DNA of 64,000 bases, taken from positions 1-64,000 of the forward strand of contig JABLTJ010000004.1 of assembly GCA_013166775.1 (NCBI GenBank), read 5' to 3'. The translations under genes and the position numbers were made by a program. Under the pieces are notes generated by a model that was not told where the DNA came from, searched no databases, and was given only the letters and a program-made list of their open reading frames with translations. Shown piece by piece: positions 28,093 to 38,781 of this stretch. How positions within the stretch are numbered: position 1 is the first letter of the stretch; every line of letters starts with the position of its first letter. Source of the stretch: Promethearchaeati archaeon. Lineage in GTDB: Archaea > Asgardarchaeota > Heimdallarchaeia > Heimdallarchaeales > Heimdallarchaeaceae.

Positions 28093-30345
28093 TTGATGTT
28101 GATGAAAATAGATGATCTTCCAATTCCTCAAGCAGTCAAAGAGAATCTTAAGGAAGATGGGATTGATACTCTATATCCACCACAAATAGAAGCTGTTAAG
28201 AAAGGTCTTTTTGAAGAAAATAATCTTGTTGTTGCAATACCGACAGCCTCTGGAAAAACACTTTTGGCGCTTCTAGCTGCTGTAAAGGCTATTGAAGAAA
28301 CTGGTCTTAAGACTCTTTATCTTTCCCCTTTACGTGCTTTAGCTTATGAAAAATATACAGAATTCAGAAGGTACTTGGATTCTTTAGGAAAAAGAACTAT
28401 TCTCCTAACTGGGGATTATGATACTGAAGATGCCAATGCTAGATATGCAGATATAATTATCGCAACTAATGAAAAAATTGATTCAGCTATAAGACACCAA
28501 TCTAAATGGATTAATCAAATTGGTTTGGTTATAGTAGATGAAATTCATTTAATTAACGATTCATCAAGAGGACCTACTCTAGAAGTTGTAATAGCACAAT
28601 TGAAACAAATATGTCAAGGGCAAATATTAGCTTTGAGTGCTACAATAAAGAATGCAGATGAAATTGCGAGATGGTTAGAAGCAGAATTAGTTTCAAGTGA
28701 CTGGAGACCTGTAAAATTAAACGAAGGAGTTCTTTACGGAAATCAAATAATGTACAAAGAAGACAGGATAGTAACTATTCCTTCTAACACAAAGAATAGT
28801 TTTGTAAACATAACTAATTATATTCTTAAACAAAGAAATCAAGCACTAATTTTTGGAACTACTCGAAATATGGCTGAATCCACAGCAAGAAATTTGGCTT
28901 CACGTGTAAGAAAAACATTAAACAAAGGTGAATTACAGGAATTGAACAATTCAGCTAATGAGATTCTATCTTCTGGTGAACAAACCAAACAATCGAAAGG
29001 ATTAGCTGAATTAATCAGACAAGGTGTTTCTTATCATCATGCAGGATTAAATCCAGCTCAACGAAGAATAGTTGAAAGGAATTTTAAACAAGGAAATATC
29101 AAGATGTTGAGTGCTACACCGACGTTAGCTGCAGGAATAAATTTACCAGCGAGATATGTTATTATTAAGAGCATCCATCGTTACGATGTAACCTTGGGAA
29201 GCTATCCGATTCCAGTTTTGGAATTCAAACAACAAGCTGGTAGAGCTGGAAGACCACAATATGATACTGAGGGAGATGCTATTGTAATTGCAAAAAACGA
29301 ATATGATGCAGACAATCTTTTCAACATGTATATAGTAGCTGAGACTGAGGATATAGAATCAAGAGTAGCAACTGAACCTGCATTACGAAGAATCATTCTC
29401 GGTCAAATAGCAACTGAAAATACTCAGACTATGAATGAATTAAATGATTTCTTTAGTCGGACTTTTTATGGTCATAAGCAAGATCCATCCAGTTTAAGTT
29501 CAATAATCAAAAAAGTGATAAAATTTCTAAGGGAAGAAGGTCTCATAACTCAAGATCCAGATTATCTTCTCGCCACAGGTTTTGGTAAAAGAGTCAGTCA
29601 ACTGTATATTGATCCTATGAGTGGAATAATCATCAGAAATTGCTTAGAAAGAGCAAAAACTATGGCTAACCAACTTTTAACAGACATGAGCTTTCTTCAT
29701 TTAGTATGTTCTACTCCTGATGTTAGATTTGTTACTATAAAGAAAGATGACCAATTCAAAATTATCAATTATGTTGGAGAACACGAAGATGAATTCTTAA
29801 CAGAACTACCTTCTTCAACATTTGAATTAGAGCTCTTTATGAGTCAAGTAAAAACTGCATTAATCCTCCAAGATTGGGTATCTGAAACACCAGAGGATAT
29901 GATGCTAGATAGATATAACGTTGGAAGTGGAGACATATTTTCAGTGGTTCATAATGCTGAATGGTTACTTTATGCAACATCTGAAATCGCAAAATTGTTA
30001 GGGCATTCAAACGTAGCTAATAAAGTAACAATTCTCCATGAAAGAGTAGTTAATGGAATCAGAAGTGATTTAGTAGATTTAGTACAGATATCAGGAATAG
30101 GGAGAATAAGAGCTCGATCACTGTTTGATAAGGGATATGAAACCAGAGAGATTCTTAAGCAAACTGATCCCGAAGAAATCATAAAAATCCCAGGTTTCGG
30201 AACAGAACTTGTAAAATCTATCTATAGTCATTTGTTAGGAGATAAATTTGTTGAAGAAAGATTGGGAAAAATTGTAAAAAAGAAAGAAGAGGAGAAGAAT
30301 GAAAATTTCATTCAACCACAGAAACAATTAGAGGATTTTTTATAA
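28093..30345 (+). CDS. hel308: Ski2-like SF2 DNA helicase Hel308/Hjm
   Basis: PTASGKT, DEIH, SAT, HHAGL, TLAAGINLPA, QQAGRAGRP, GIGRIRAR; C-terminal PIP-box QKQLEDFL. Confidence 0.95.
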   Translation: MMLMKIDDLPIPQAVKENLKEDGIDTLYPPQIEAVKKGLFEENNLVVAIPTASGKTLLALLAAVKAIEETGLKTLYLSPLRALAYEKYTEFRRYLDSLGKRTILLTGDYDTEDANARYADIIIATNEKIDSAIRHQSKWINQIGLVIVDEIHLINDSSRGPTLEVVIAQLKQICQGQILALSATIKNADEIARWLEAELVSSDWRPVKLNEGVLYGNQIMYKEDRIVTIPSNTKNSFVNITNYILKQRNQALIFGTTRNMAESTARNLASRVRKTLNKGELQELNNSANEILSSGEQTKQSKGLAELIRQGVSYHHAGLNPAQRRIVERNFKQGNIKMLSATPTLAAGINLPARYVIIKSIHRYDVTLGSYPIPVLEFKQQAGRAGRPQYDTEGDAIVIAKNEYDADNLFNMYIVAETEDIESRVATEPALRRIILGQIATENTQTMNELNDFFSRTFYGHKQDPSSLSSIIKKVIKFLREEGLITQDPDYLLATGFGKRVSQLYIDPMSGIIIRNCLERAKTMANQLLTDMSFLHLVCSTPDVRFVTIKKDDQFKIINYVGEHEDEFLTELPSSTFELELFMSQVKTALILQDWVSETPEDMMLDRYNVGSGDIFSVVHNAEWLLYATSEIAKLLGHSNVANKVTILHERVVNGIRSDLVDLVQISGIGRIRARSLFDKGYETREILKQTDPEEIIKIPGFGTELVKSIYSHLLGDKFVEERLGKIVKKKEEEKNENFIQPQKQLEDFL

Positions 30346-30384
30346 AATAGCAATACCTTAAAATAAGTTTGTTGAAGTATAAAG

Positions 30385-30954
30385 ATGATTATATTGATAT
30401 CAGATGAATTGATACTCGATGAACTTGAACGAATCCAATACGATTATGAAGAAAAAGAAGTTTCTGTCAAATGTCTGAAGAGTATTGATGAATTTGACAT
30501 AGGTGACAAGAGGATTAAACTCACAAAAGGAGTAACAATGAAATTTCCCTTCTGGATAGCATCAATTCTAGAACGAGAAGAATACGTTGAAATTACTGAT
30601 GTTACAGAAATCGATTTTCCAGATCTTTACAAATTAGCTATTAAGGAAGGTGATAACATTGATTTACAGAAGATAAATCATTACTTTTACATAGCTATGA
30701 AAAGTGCATTCCAGGAACATGCAGATGGAATTAAGACGATGCCATATCGTCAAAAAGAATCCATAGAAATGAAACTTAGAGAACTTATGACAATGCGTCT
30801 CTCCAAAATAATTAAAATTGCAGAAAAAGGAAAGAACATTACAAGTAAGTCAAGAAACATGACACCAGAAGAAAAATGGCTCTATGAAACTGTGTCTGTA
30901 GCTGTGGAAAAATGGAAAAAGATGATTAAAGCAGTTCCTGAAGAAACAGAATGA
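30385..30954 (+). CDS. gins23: GINS complex subunit (Gins23/Psf2-like)
   Basis: N-terminal beta domain with PFWIASIL, RLSKII and NMTPEEKWLY; located in the mcm cluster. Confidence 0.85.
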   Translation: MIILISDELILDELERIQYDYEEKEVSVKCLKSIDEFDIGDKRIKLTKGVTMKFPFWIASILEREEYVEITDVTEIDFPDLYKLAIKEGDNIDLQKINHYFYIAMKSAFQEHADGIKTMPYRQKESIEMKLRELMTMRLSKIIKIAEKGKNITSKSRNMTPEEKWLYETVSVAVEKWKKMIKAVPEETE

Positions 30955-31003
30955 ATCTATTCTAATACATAAAATTTATATCATATTCTACTTTATACTT
31001 TCT

Positions 31004-32620
31004 ATGCCCAAATATATTTTTATTTGTGGAGCTTTAATCTCCGGATTAGGAAAAGGAGTAGTTACATCTTCAATCGGGAAGAATCTCCAAATTAGAGGAA
31101 AAAAAGTTAATGTTATTAAAATTGATCCGTATCTCAATATAGATGCTGGAACTATGAACCCGTATGAACATGGTGAAACATATGTTACTGCAGATGGTTC
31201 AGAAATTGATGTAGATTTTGGTCATTATGAAAGAATGCTAAATCTTGAAATGAAGGGAGATCAAAATATTACCACTGGGCAAGTTTATCAGTCAGTCATC
31301 GACAAAGAAAGAAGAGGAGATTTTCTAGGAAAGACTGTACAAGTCATTCCCCACATTACAGATGAGATTAAGAGAAGAATAAAGTCTATTGGTGAGAGAG
31401 AACCAAATTTAGATGTTCTGATTATAGAAGTTGGAGGGACAATTGGGGACATTGAGAGTCAACCGTTTCTTGAAGCAATTAGGCAAGTTAGAAGAGAAAT
31501 GGTTAGTGAAGATTCATTACTTGTATTCCTTACTTATATTCTAGAACCACCGAATCTTAAGGAACAAAAAACTAAACCAACTCAACATGCAGTTAGAGAA
31601 CTGCAATCTATGGGATTGAGTCCAGACATTATAATCTCAAGAGGTTCCCATGCTTTATCTGATAGTGCAAGAGAGAAAATTGTCATGTTTTGTGATGTTC
31701 CAGCAAATGCGGTTTTCTCACTTCCTGATCTTGATACTGTTCTAGAAGCACCGATTTATCTTGACAAACAAGGATTAGGTTCAACACTTAATCTAATGCT
31801 CCGTTATGAAGATATTGCAGCTGATTGGTTAGAATATGAGCGTTTGATAGAACGATTTACTAAAACTGAGAACATAGTGCAAATAGCAATTACTGGTAAA
31901 TACACAGAATTAGCAGATTCATATATCAGTGTGAAAGAAGCCATACATCATGCAGCAGCTCATAACAATGTTCATGCAGTCATAAATTTTGTTTCAACAG
32001 AAGAATATGAAGATAATATAGAAAAAATCCATGAATTAAACAAATTTGATGGAATTTTAGTTCCAGGAGGATTCGGTTCTCGTGGAGCTGAGGGAAAAAT
32101 TTCTGTAATTAAATATGCAAGGGAAACTAAAGTTCCATTTTTAGGAATATGTTATGGGTTCCAGCTTTCTGTCATTGAATATGCCCGAAATGAATCTAAT
32201 CTCGAGAAAGCAAATACTTCAGAGGTAGATCCCAACTCCCCTCATCCAGTAATAGATCTTCTTCCTGAGCAGAAAACAGTGGATGAGATGGGGGGAACAA
32301 TGAGATTAGGAAAACATAAGATTTTGATAAAAACTAATTCAATTCTTGAAGGAATCTATAAAGACACTGAAACAGGCGAACGACATAGACACAGGTATGA
32401 GGTTAATCCTGAATACATAGATATTCTAGAAAGGAAAGGATTATCCTTCTCAGGACGTTCTGAAGATGAAACAAGGATGGAAGCTCTTGAAATAAAAGAT
32501 CATCCATACTTTATTGCAACACAGTTTCACCCAGAATTTCAATCAAGACCCTTAAAACCATCACCACCTTATTTCGCGTTTATTAAAGCTGCAAAACAAA
32601 GATCCGAGCAAAGAACCTAA
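31004..32620 (+). CDS. pyrG: CTP synthase
   Basis: SGLGKG, KIDPYLNIDAGTMNPYEHGE, GICYG, RHRHRYE, QFHPEF. Confidence 0.98.
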   Translation: MPKYIFICGALISGLGKGVVTSSIGKNLQIRGKKVNVIKIDPYLNIDAGTMNPYEHGETYVTADGSEIDVDFGHYERMLNLEMKGDQNITTGQVYQSVIDKERRGDFLGKTVQVIPHITDEIKRRIKSIGEREPNLDVLIIEVGGTIGDIESQPFLEAIRQVRREMVSEDSLLVFLTYILEPPNLKEQKTKPTQHAVRELQSMGLSPDIIISRGSHALSDSAREKIVMFCDVPANAVFSLPDLDTVLEAPIYLDKQGLGSTLNLMLRYEDIAADWLEYERLIERFTKTENIVQIAITGKYTELADSYISVKEAIHHAAAHNNVHAVINFVSTEEYEDNIEKIHELNKFDGILVPGGFGSRGAEGKISVIKYARETKVPFLGICYGFQLSVIEYARNESNLEKANTSEVDPNSPHPVIDLLPEQKTVDEMGGTMRLGKHKILIKTNSILEGIYKDTETGERHRHRYEVNPEYIDILERKGLSFSGRSEDETRMEALEIKDHPYFIATQFHPEFQSRPLKPSPPYFAFIKAAKQRSEQRT

Positions 32621-32683
32621 AAAGATGTTTCGCACTTACTTAATATAGGAAAAAATAGATAGTATTTATAGTGGTATAGAAAA

Positions 32684-33838
32684 ATGGGAATGCATAATAA
32701 GATAGATGATGCTATTGATAATATTTCCAAAAAAATAATCGCATATAATGAACACCGCAAATTATTCCAAGATTTATTTAGAAAAGTAAAAAAATCTCTT
32801 AATCCTTCTGAATTTCCAAGTGCTTTTGGTATAAAAACAAAAGATTCTTTCTTTACAGTCAAAGTTCCAAAGACCAATATTGATGGTTTAAAAGTTGCAG
32901 GAGTTGATGGAGGAGTAATTCATAGAACACTCAACTACTTTGATATTGCTTTGATTAGAGCTGTTGGAGTACTATTTTTGCATCAAAAAGATGATAAACC
33001 ACAAGTAAGATATTTTCCTGAAGAACAACCTTTTCCTGATATTTTAACTAGTATTGAGCCATTATCTCAAAATGAGATAGATACGCTTATTTCCATTTGG
33101 AGAATGCAAAAGGAAATCCGTTGTGGAATCTCTTTATTAGAAGAAGATATGCCAGACATCATTATATTAGATGGTTCTGTACTACCTTTTATCGATTACA
33201 AACAAGTAAATCAAAGTGAATTTCTTATGAGTCAATATCGAAATCTAAAAACTCTTTATAGAAGACTCTATTCTCTTTGCGAAAAAAATCGAACAGCTTT
33301 ATGTGGTGTAGTGAAAGATTCTCGTTCTGCAATTCTAACTAATAAATTAGCAGCCCTCCTGCCTCATTTAGGCAAGATGCCTGAATTTGAACAGTTACTG
33401 AAAATCGATTATCGTCCAATAGTTAAACAGTTAAGAGACACAGATCTACTCTATCAAGTACTTGATGTAGATGAAAGAACATTCGAATTCTTCCTTTCTA
33501 ATTTTAATGATGATACTGATCAGGAACTGAAGGATTTTGATATACACTGTTTCTATCTTAAAACAGCTGAATTTGATGCCCCTTTAAGAGTAGAGTTCCC
33601 ATTATTATTTTCAAATCAACACGATTTAGCACAAAAGATATCAGCACTTGTAATAGCTGTTTCCAGATATAATCCAGAATATGGTTTACCAAGTGTTATA
33701 ATCGAAGCAGATGCAAGAGCGCGGTTACAAGAAACAGATGCGGATATCCTTGTTGATGAAATTTCAGCAAAAATAGGTTATTCAAGCTTTTCTCTTCAAA
33801 GAAGAAGATCAAGGTTACCATTCAAAGCAGGTGATTAA
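32684..33838 (+). CDS. nurA: NurA 5'-3' nuclease
   Basis: AGVDGG, ILDGS, GVVKDS, RVE, YGLPSVIIEAD; directly upstream of herA. Confidence 0.9.
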   Translation: MGMHNKIDDAIDNISKKIIAYNEHRKLFQDLFRKVKKSLNPSEFPSAFGIKTKDSFFTVKVPKTNIDGLKVAGVDGGVIHRTLNYFDIALIRAVGVLFLHQKDDKPQVRYFPEEQPFPDILTSIEPLSQNEIDTLISIWRMQKEIRCGISLLEEDMPDIIILDGSVLPFIDYKQVNQSEFLMSQYRNLKTLYRRLYSLCEKNRTALCGVVKDSRSAILTNKLAALLPHLGKMPEFEQLLKIDYRPIVKQLRDTDLLYQVLDVDERTFEFFLSNFNDDTDQELKDFDIHCFYLKTAEFDAPLRVEFPLLFSNQHDLAQKISALVIAVSRYNPEYGLPSVIIEADARARLQETDADILVDEISAKIGYSSFSLQRRRSRLPFKAGD

Positions 33839-35332
33839 ATGGCAAGAAAAAGTATAGGTACAATAATAGTAGGTGAAGATAATTCCCCAAATCCTTCAGA
33901 ATTTAATTTTGTTCTTACAAAATCAGAAGAAGAATTTCAACTAGAAAAAGGCATGTATGTGATTGTTCCATGTGATGATGGAGAAATAATAGCAACGGTA
34001 AGCGATGTTTACAAGACAAATAGGTATTTCTCGTCTCCGTCAGCTGTTAGAGCATACGAAACAAGCGGGAAAACACTTGCATCTATTTTTCCAGCTGATA
34101 GATGGGAGCACATCATAGCCAAAGCTAAACCATTAGGTATCATTACTGATTTAGGCATTCAAAGATTACTATTCCCAGTATCACCTGGTGAAACTGTCTT
34201 TATCCCTGAATCCAAAGTTCTTCAGAAATTTCTAGGTCTGGAAAAAACAAATGGAATAAACTTGGGGAAAATTGAACAACATGATGTAGAAGTTCAGCTA
34301 AATTTAACTAGATTCCTTCAAAAGCATGCAGCGATTTTAGCAATCTCAGGAGCAGGTAAATCATATACGGTTTCAGTTATGTTAGAAGAACTTCTCTCTC
34401 GACCTAAGAAACAAGGTAGGATAGCTATGGTTTTGTTTGATGTTCATGGAGAGTATAAAGGATTAGGAGATGAAGAATCACCATTTTACAAACACATTGA
34501 AATATTTCCTGCAGCTGCTATTCAATTTGGCACTCATGCTTTAAGAGCACGACAATTTGCTATTTTTGAACCACAGATTACCTCAGTTCAAACTAGGGAA
34601 CTATCCAAAATTCTTAATAAGCTTTTTGAAGAAAAAACAAAGAAAAACGAGACTTACACAATTTCAGATATAGTTAAAGAACTTGAAGCAGATGAACATA
34701 TAAATCAAAGAAGTAAGGAAGCATTGATTGGTTGGCTATACACTTTAGAAGAAACAAGATTATTTGGAGCTTCTGAATATCCTGTTTTAGAGAAAATCTT
34801 AGAGCCTGGAAAGTTAGTTATTTTTGATTTAAGCGAGTTCACAAGCTTAAAGCTCAAACAGATGATAGTAAGTTATATTTTGTATCGTATTTTCGATTAT
34901 AGGAAGAAAGGAAAAATTCCCCCAACAGCAATAATTATGGAAGAGAGTCATCAGTTCTGTCCTGAAGCTCGACTCGAATTAGCAATTTCTCGACCAATTA
35001 TCGAAACAATCGCAAGAGAAGGAAGGAAATTTTTCACTTCGTTAGTTCTTATAAGTCAGAGACCAGTTAAGATGTCAACTACAGCTCTCAGCCAATGTAA
35101 CACCCATATAATTATGAAAGTATTAAATCCGTATGATTTAGATTTTATAGGTCGTTCCTCAGAAGGAATTGATAGAGCGACATTGAACACCATTACAGGT
35201 CTTGGTGTAGGTGAAGCTGTAATTGTTGGAAATGCTGTTAACCATCCAATTTTCGTGAAAGTAAGGAAAAGAAAAACAACTACAATGGATACACAAACCC
35301 TAGAAGAATCTGCAATTAATTTTGACACTTGA
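33839..35332 (+). CDS. herA: HerA bipolar helicase/ATPase
   Basis: N-terminal HAS barrel, HAAILAISGAGKS, DVHGEY, EESHQF, IAREGRKF, SQRP. Confidence 0.95.
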   Translation: MARKSIGTIIVGEDNSPNPSEFNFVLTKSEEEFQLEKGMYVIVPCDDGEIIATVSDVYKTNRYFSSPSAVRAYETSGKTLASIFPADRWEHIIAKAKPLGIITDLGIQRLLFPVSPGETVFIPESKVLQKFLGLEKTNGINLGKIEQHDVEVQLNLTRFLQKHAAILAISGAGKSYTVSVMLEELLSRPKKQGRIAMVLFDVHGEYKGLGDEESPFYKHIEIFPAAAIQFGTHALRARQFAIFEPQITSVQTRELSKILNKLFEEKTKKNETYTISDIVKELEADEHINQRSKEALIGWLYTLEETRLFGASEYPVLEKILEPGKLVIFDLSEFTSLKLKQMIVSYILYRIFDYRKKGKIPPTAIIMEESHQFCPEARLELAISRPIIETIAREGRKFFTSLVLISQRPVKMSTTALSQCNTHIIMKVLNPYDLDFIGRSSEGIDRATLNTITGLGVGEAVIVGNAVNHPIFVKVRKRKTTTMDTQTLEESAINFDT

Positions 35333-35455
35333 GATACTCTAAAATTAAAAATATAATAAAGAAATAATTCTACAAAAGAAAATTTCTTTTGAGTTATTCT
35401 TTAATCAAAATCTTTTTAAGTTATCGTCATCCCCTCGATTCATATAGTTTAAGAT

Positions 35456-35701
35456 TTGGTGAATTATATGAGCAGCATTCCCATAAACTCCTTGAGAAAG
35501 GTAATAGGACAATATATTATCATAAGATTAAAAGACAATGTGAAATATAAAGGCAAGCTTGAAAGCTTTGATCAATACATGAACTGTCATCTCAGTGATG
35601 CAATAGAAATTATCGAAGATGAAGAAGTATCCAGATACGGGAATCTATTTGTTAGAGGAAACAATATTTTGCTTGTTCAATTATCTGTTGATGAACTTTA
35701 A
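35456..35701 (+). CDS. Sm-like archaeal protein (Lsm/SmAP)
   Basis: GKLESFDQYMNCHLSDA (Sm1) and LFVRGNNI (Sm2). Probable start ATG 35468. Confidence 0.95.
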   Translation: MVNYMSSIPINSLRKVIGQYIIIRLKDNVKYKGKLESFDQYMNCHLSDAIEIIEDEEVSRYGNLFVRGNNILLVQLSVDEL

Positions 35702-37827
35702 GTTTCTTCTTCATCATCATCATCAGTAATATTTTCTCTTCTCCTTCTCTCACTTAATAATTTCTCATCATATTCTGCTATTTCTCTACGACGTTCTTTT
35801 CTGTAATCATCAAGTAAACTATCTAGAAAACTCTTTTTTTCTTCGATAACAATTTCTTCAATTTCCTCTATTGCGTCCTCTAGAATTCTAATGAGATCCT
35901 CTTCTCTTATTACTGCTATTTCATCAATTCGTTTAAGTTCCACTGTATTAGGATTTGCAATTGGAATCTGCTCTTCAACTAATTTCTTTTTCGCGTAATA
36001 TGAAAATTGATTTTCGTCTCCTACTATAGCTTTAATCCTATAAGAGAGAAGTTTTTCAACTGTTTGACCGCCACCGCCTGTTGTATCTAAAATCAATACA
36101 ATGTCTCCTGGTCCAAGATCATATGTTTCAGCTGTTTTTTCTATTTCCTCTTTAGTAAATTTCTTTATCACTTTAAGAGGTATCCAGCCTTCTCTATTTC
36201 TTAACCAAGTTACTGTTTTTAATTCCTCTACTCTTCCACTTGATCTAGTTAATTCTGTTTCTAACTGTTTTACTTTCTCTTGCAAAAAACTAATCTGATT
36301 TTCTCTTAAAATGTAAGCTTTTTCTCTTTGGATTTGTTCTATATATTCCGATTTTCCTTCGCTTAATCTTTCTCGTAAATATTCTATTTTCTCTTCTAAT
36401 TCCTTTAATTCAACATTTAATTCTGTATTCTTTCGTCTCTCCCAATCTAATTGTTCTTGAAGTATAAAACTTCTTTTTTCCAAGATTTCCTTTTCTTGAC
36501 TCTGGTGCGAAACTGTCTCTTGTGAGAGTACTTCAACTGGAGAGATTTCAGTTTCTTCTTTGAGTGTTTCCTCTATCTCATTTGTTGCTTCCGTTAGAGA
36601 TTTTCCTCTTACTAGTAAGTCTTTTATCTCATCTCTTAATGATTTATCATATTCATTGTAGTATTTTCTATCTATGTTTTCAAATTCCGATCTGAATTTT
36701 GTGTACCCTCTATATGCAGAAGCTAGAGAATCTCTCTGATGAGCATTTTTTGTTAATACACCATGCTGCATAGCTAGTTTTCTAGAAATTTCATTCTTTT
36801 CGGAAACAGTCATAACACTGCGAGGAGTATAGAGTCTAGCATTGAAAGCAGCTGCTATCTTTTCAACATAAGAAGGATAGGGATAAACATCTACACAGAT
36901 TAGAGTGGGTTTTCCATATTGTGTTATTTCCCTTATTATCTGTCCTCTACTTGCTTCTCGATAACTACTTACTTTTAGTATTCTACCATTTAGATCAAGT
37001 ATTGATAATCCAACTGTTAAACCAGGATCAATCCCAACAATTAATCGTTTCAAAGACGACTTGACTTTGACTTGTTGCGAAAGAGGAATAAACTCAACTC
37101 TTTCTTTATTCACTGGAAAGATTTTAACTTGGCAAATTTCTCCTTTCCGTTTCTTTATCCTTTTTGTAACACTATCTATTGGTGCATAAATACTGAATAC
37201 AACCTTTTGTGCTCCAAATTTGCTTTTTACTGCCCTTTTATCAAAATCAAACCGGAGTTCCACTATTATGCTTTCAATATTTTTTGCTTCTTGATTCACA
37301 GTTGTATCTATTAATCGTCCATATCTTTTCTGAGACCAACCTCCTGGTCCTTTTGCTTTTGATCGTGATACAACAACTTTGGTTTCATCCTCAAATGGTT
37401 CAACGATATATCCAAGCTTTCTACTAGCTAGAATAGCACATGCTTCTGCAGCTTCAATTGGAGACAGTTTTCCAGAGATTGGTAAATCATTTTGTTTCAT
37501 TAATTTAGGAAGAGACGTAAAACCATGAATAGGTGACCCAGTGACCTGTACTAACTTAGTTGCGGGAAGTAATTGCAAACAAAGATGAGGAATTTGTGAT
37601 GGGTTTTTCACTAGCTCGTATATGTTATCAGAGGCAAGGAAATTAGCTTGGGAACTCCTTATTATGCCTATTAATTTTTGTAAATTGACTTTATCATACT
37701 TCTGTATTAGCTTAACATTAGCACCATCATAAACACATACAGCATAATGTGATACACCTGAAGGGGAACTTTGTGGTAATATATCAATTCCTACAATAAT
37801 TAAATCTGTTTCAGCTATACATATCAC
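35698..37827 (-). CDS. DUF460/COG2433 RNase H-fold protein with C-terminal coiled coil
   Basis: GIDI, LVQVTG, GPGGWSQKRY, IVGIDPG, HQRDSLA. Confidence 0.9.
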   Translation of the reverse strand: MICIAETDLIIVGIDILPQSSPSGVSHYAVCVYDGANVKLIQKYDKVNLQKLIGIIRSSQANFLASDNIYELVKNPSQIPHLCLQLLPATKLVQVTGSPIHGFTSLPKLMKQNDLPISGKLSPIEAAEACAILASRKLGYIVEPFEDETKVVVSRSKAKGPGGWSQKRYGRLIDTTVNQEAKNIESIIVELRFDFDKRAVKSKFGAQKVVFSIYAPIDSVTKRIKKRKGEICQVKIFPVNKERVEFIPLSQQVKVKSSLKRLIVGIDPGLTVGLSILDLNGRILKVSSYREASRGQIIREITQYGKPTLICVDVYPYPSYVEKIAAAFNARLYTPRSVMTVSEKNEISRKLAMQHGVLTKNAHQRDSLASAYRGYTKFRSEFENIDRKYYNEYDKSLRDEIKDLLVRGKSLTEATNEIEETLKEETEISPVEVLSQETVSHQSQEKEILEKRSFILQEQLDWERRKNTELNVELKELEEKIEYLRERLSEGKSEYIEQIQREKAYILRENQISFLQEKVKQLETELTRSSGRVEELKTVTWLRNREGWIPLKVIKKFTKEEIEKTAETYDLGPGDIVLILDTTGGGGQTVEKLLSYRIKAIVGDENQFSYYAKKKLVEEQIPIANPNTVELKRIDEIAVIREEDLIRILEDAIEEIEEIVIEEKKSFLDSLLDDYRKERRREIAEYDEKLLSERRRRENITDDDDEEET

Positions 37828-37833
37828 CTTTGA

Positions 37834-38730
37834 TTACTTACCAACTATATATTCAATTACAGTGTCAACCTCATCTGTAGTTATACCCCATTTCTTTCCT
37901 ATAAAATCAAGTAAATGAGAAACATCTCTTTCTAGGAGATTCAATGCTTCTGGATGTTCAGCTTTTACAGCTTGAGGAAAATCTATCACAACCATTGAAT
38001 CATTGTCAATATCATAAAGAATATTATACTCTGTTAAATCAGCATGAACTATCCCATGTTTTTGATAAAGTGTTTTAGTAAACTCAATTATTTTTCCAAG
38101 CAACTTAATGGGTTTCTTGGGATACTGTACATTAACTAATTCAACTCCATCAGCTATTTCCATCGCAATCATATGGCGATTGTGTCCTAATAATTTTGGA
38201 ATTGGGAGATTTTGATTCTGCAATTTTAACATAATCTCATATTCTCTGGTAGCTGATAATTCCGCGATTGAAAAGATAGAATAATGATATTTGTTTTTGA
38301 GAAAGTCTCTTTTCTTTTTTACTTGCTGAAAACTTGCCCTTCCAGTTCTATTTATTTTCAACATAATTTCCTTTTCTTCAAAATCAATTGCATAATAAAT
38401 ATCGCTTTCTTTCCCTACTCCCTTAGCTCTTCCTGTTCCAGCCACTATCTGTTTGTTATAAAGTGTGTTCAGAGCTAGAACATCAAAGCCTGTCAAAGTT
38501 AAAGAATAACCCACAAATTGTCCTGTCCATCTTCGTATCAATTTCTGTTTATGTAATCTTGATAGATAGATTTCAACATCCTTTTCTCTGTAACCTGAAT
38601 AAACAACAATTCTATCCTTAGGTGCATACTCTCCTTTCTTTAGCAAAGTTTCAACCATATTTAAGGTTCTCAACTCTTCATTCGATAATTCTTTGAGTAC
38701 TCTTGCTCCACGAAAGGAAATTGGCATCAT
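37834..38730 (-). CDS. rio2: RIO2-type serine/threonine kinase
   Basis: N-terminal winged helix (GYSLTLTGFDVLAL), GVGKESDIY, VHADLTEYNIL, IDFPQ. Start trimmed to ATG 38730 to avoid overlap with the divergent gene. Confidence 0.92.
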   Translation of the reverse strand: MMPISFRGARVLKELSNEELRTLNMVETLLKKGEYAPKDRIVVYSGYREKDVEIYLSRLHKQKLIRRWTGQFVGYSLTLTGFDVLALNTLYNKQIVAGTGRAKGVGKESDIYYAIDFEEKEIMLKINRTGRASFQQVKKKRDFLKNKYHYSIFSIAELSATREYEIMLKLQNQNLPIPKLLGHNRHMIAMEIADGVELVNVQYPKKPIKLLGKIIEFTKTLYQKHGIVHADLTEYNILYDIDNDSMVVIDFPQAVKAEHPEALNLLERDVSHLLDFIGKKWGITTDEVDTVIEYIVGK

Positions 38731-38781
38731 AATGTGATAAGAGTATGACTTAAAATCATTTTCTTTTATAATGTATTTTAG

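Noticed and set aside
26024-30345. Inteins in MCM or Hel308
   Set aside because: Protein lengths are normal and the motifs are contiguous.
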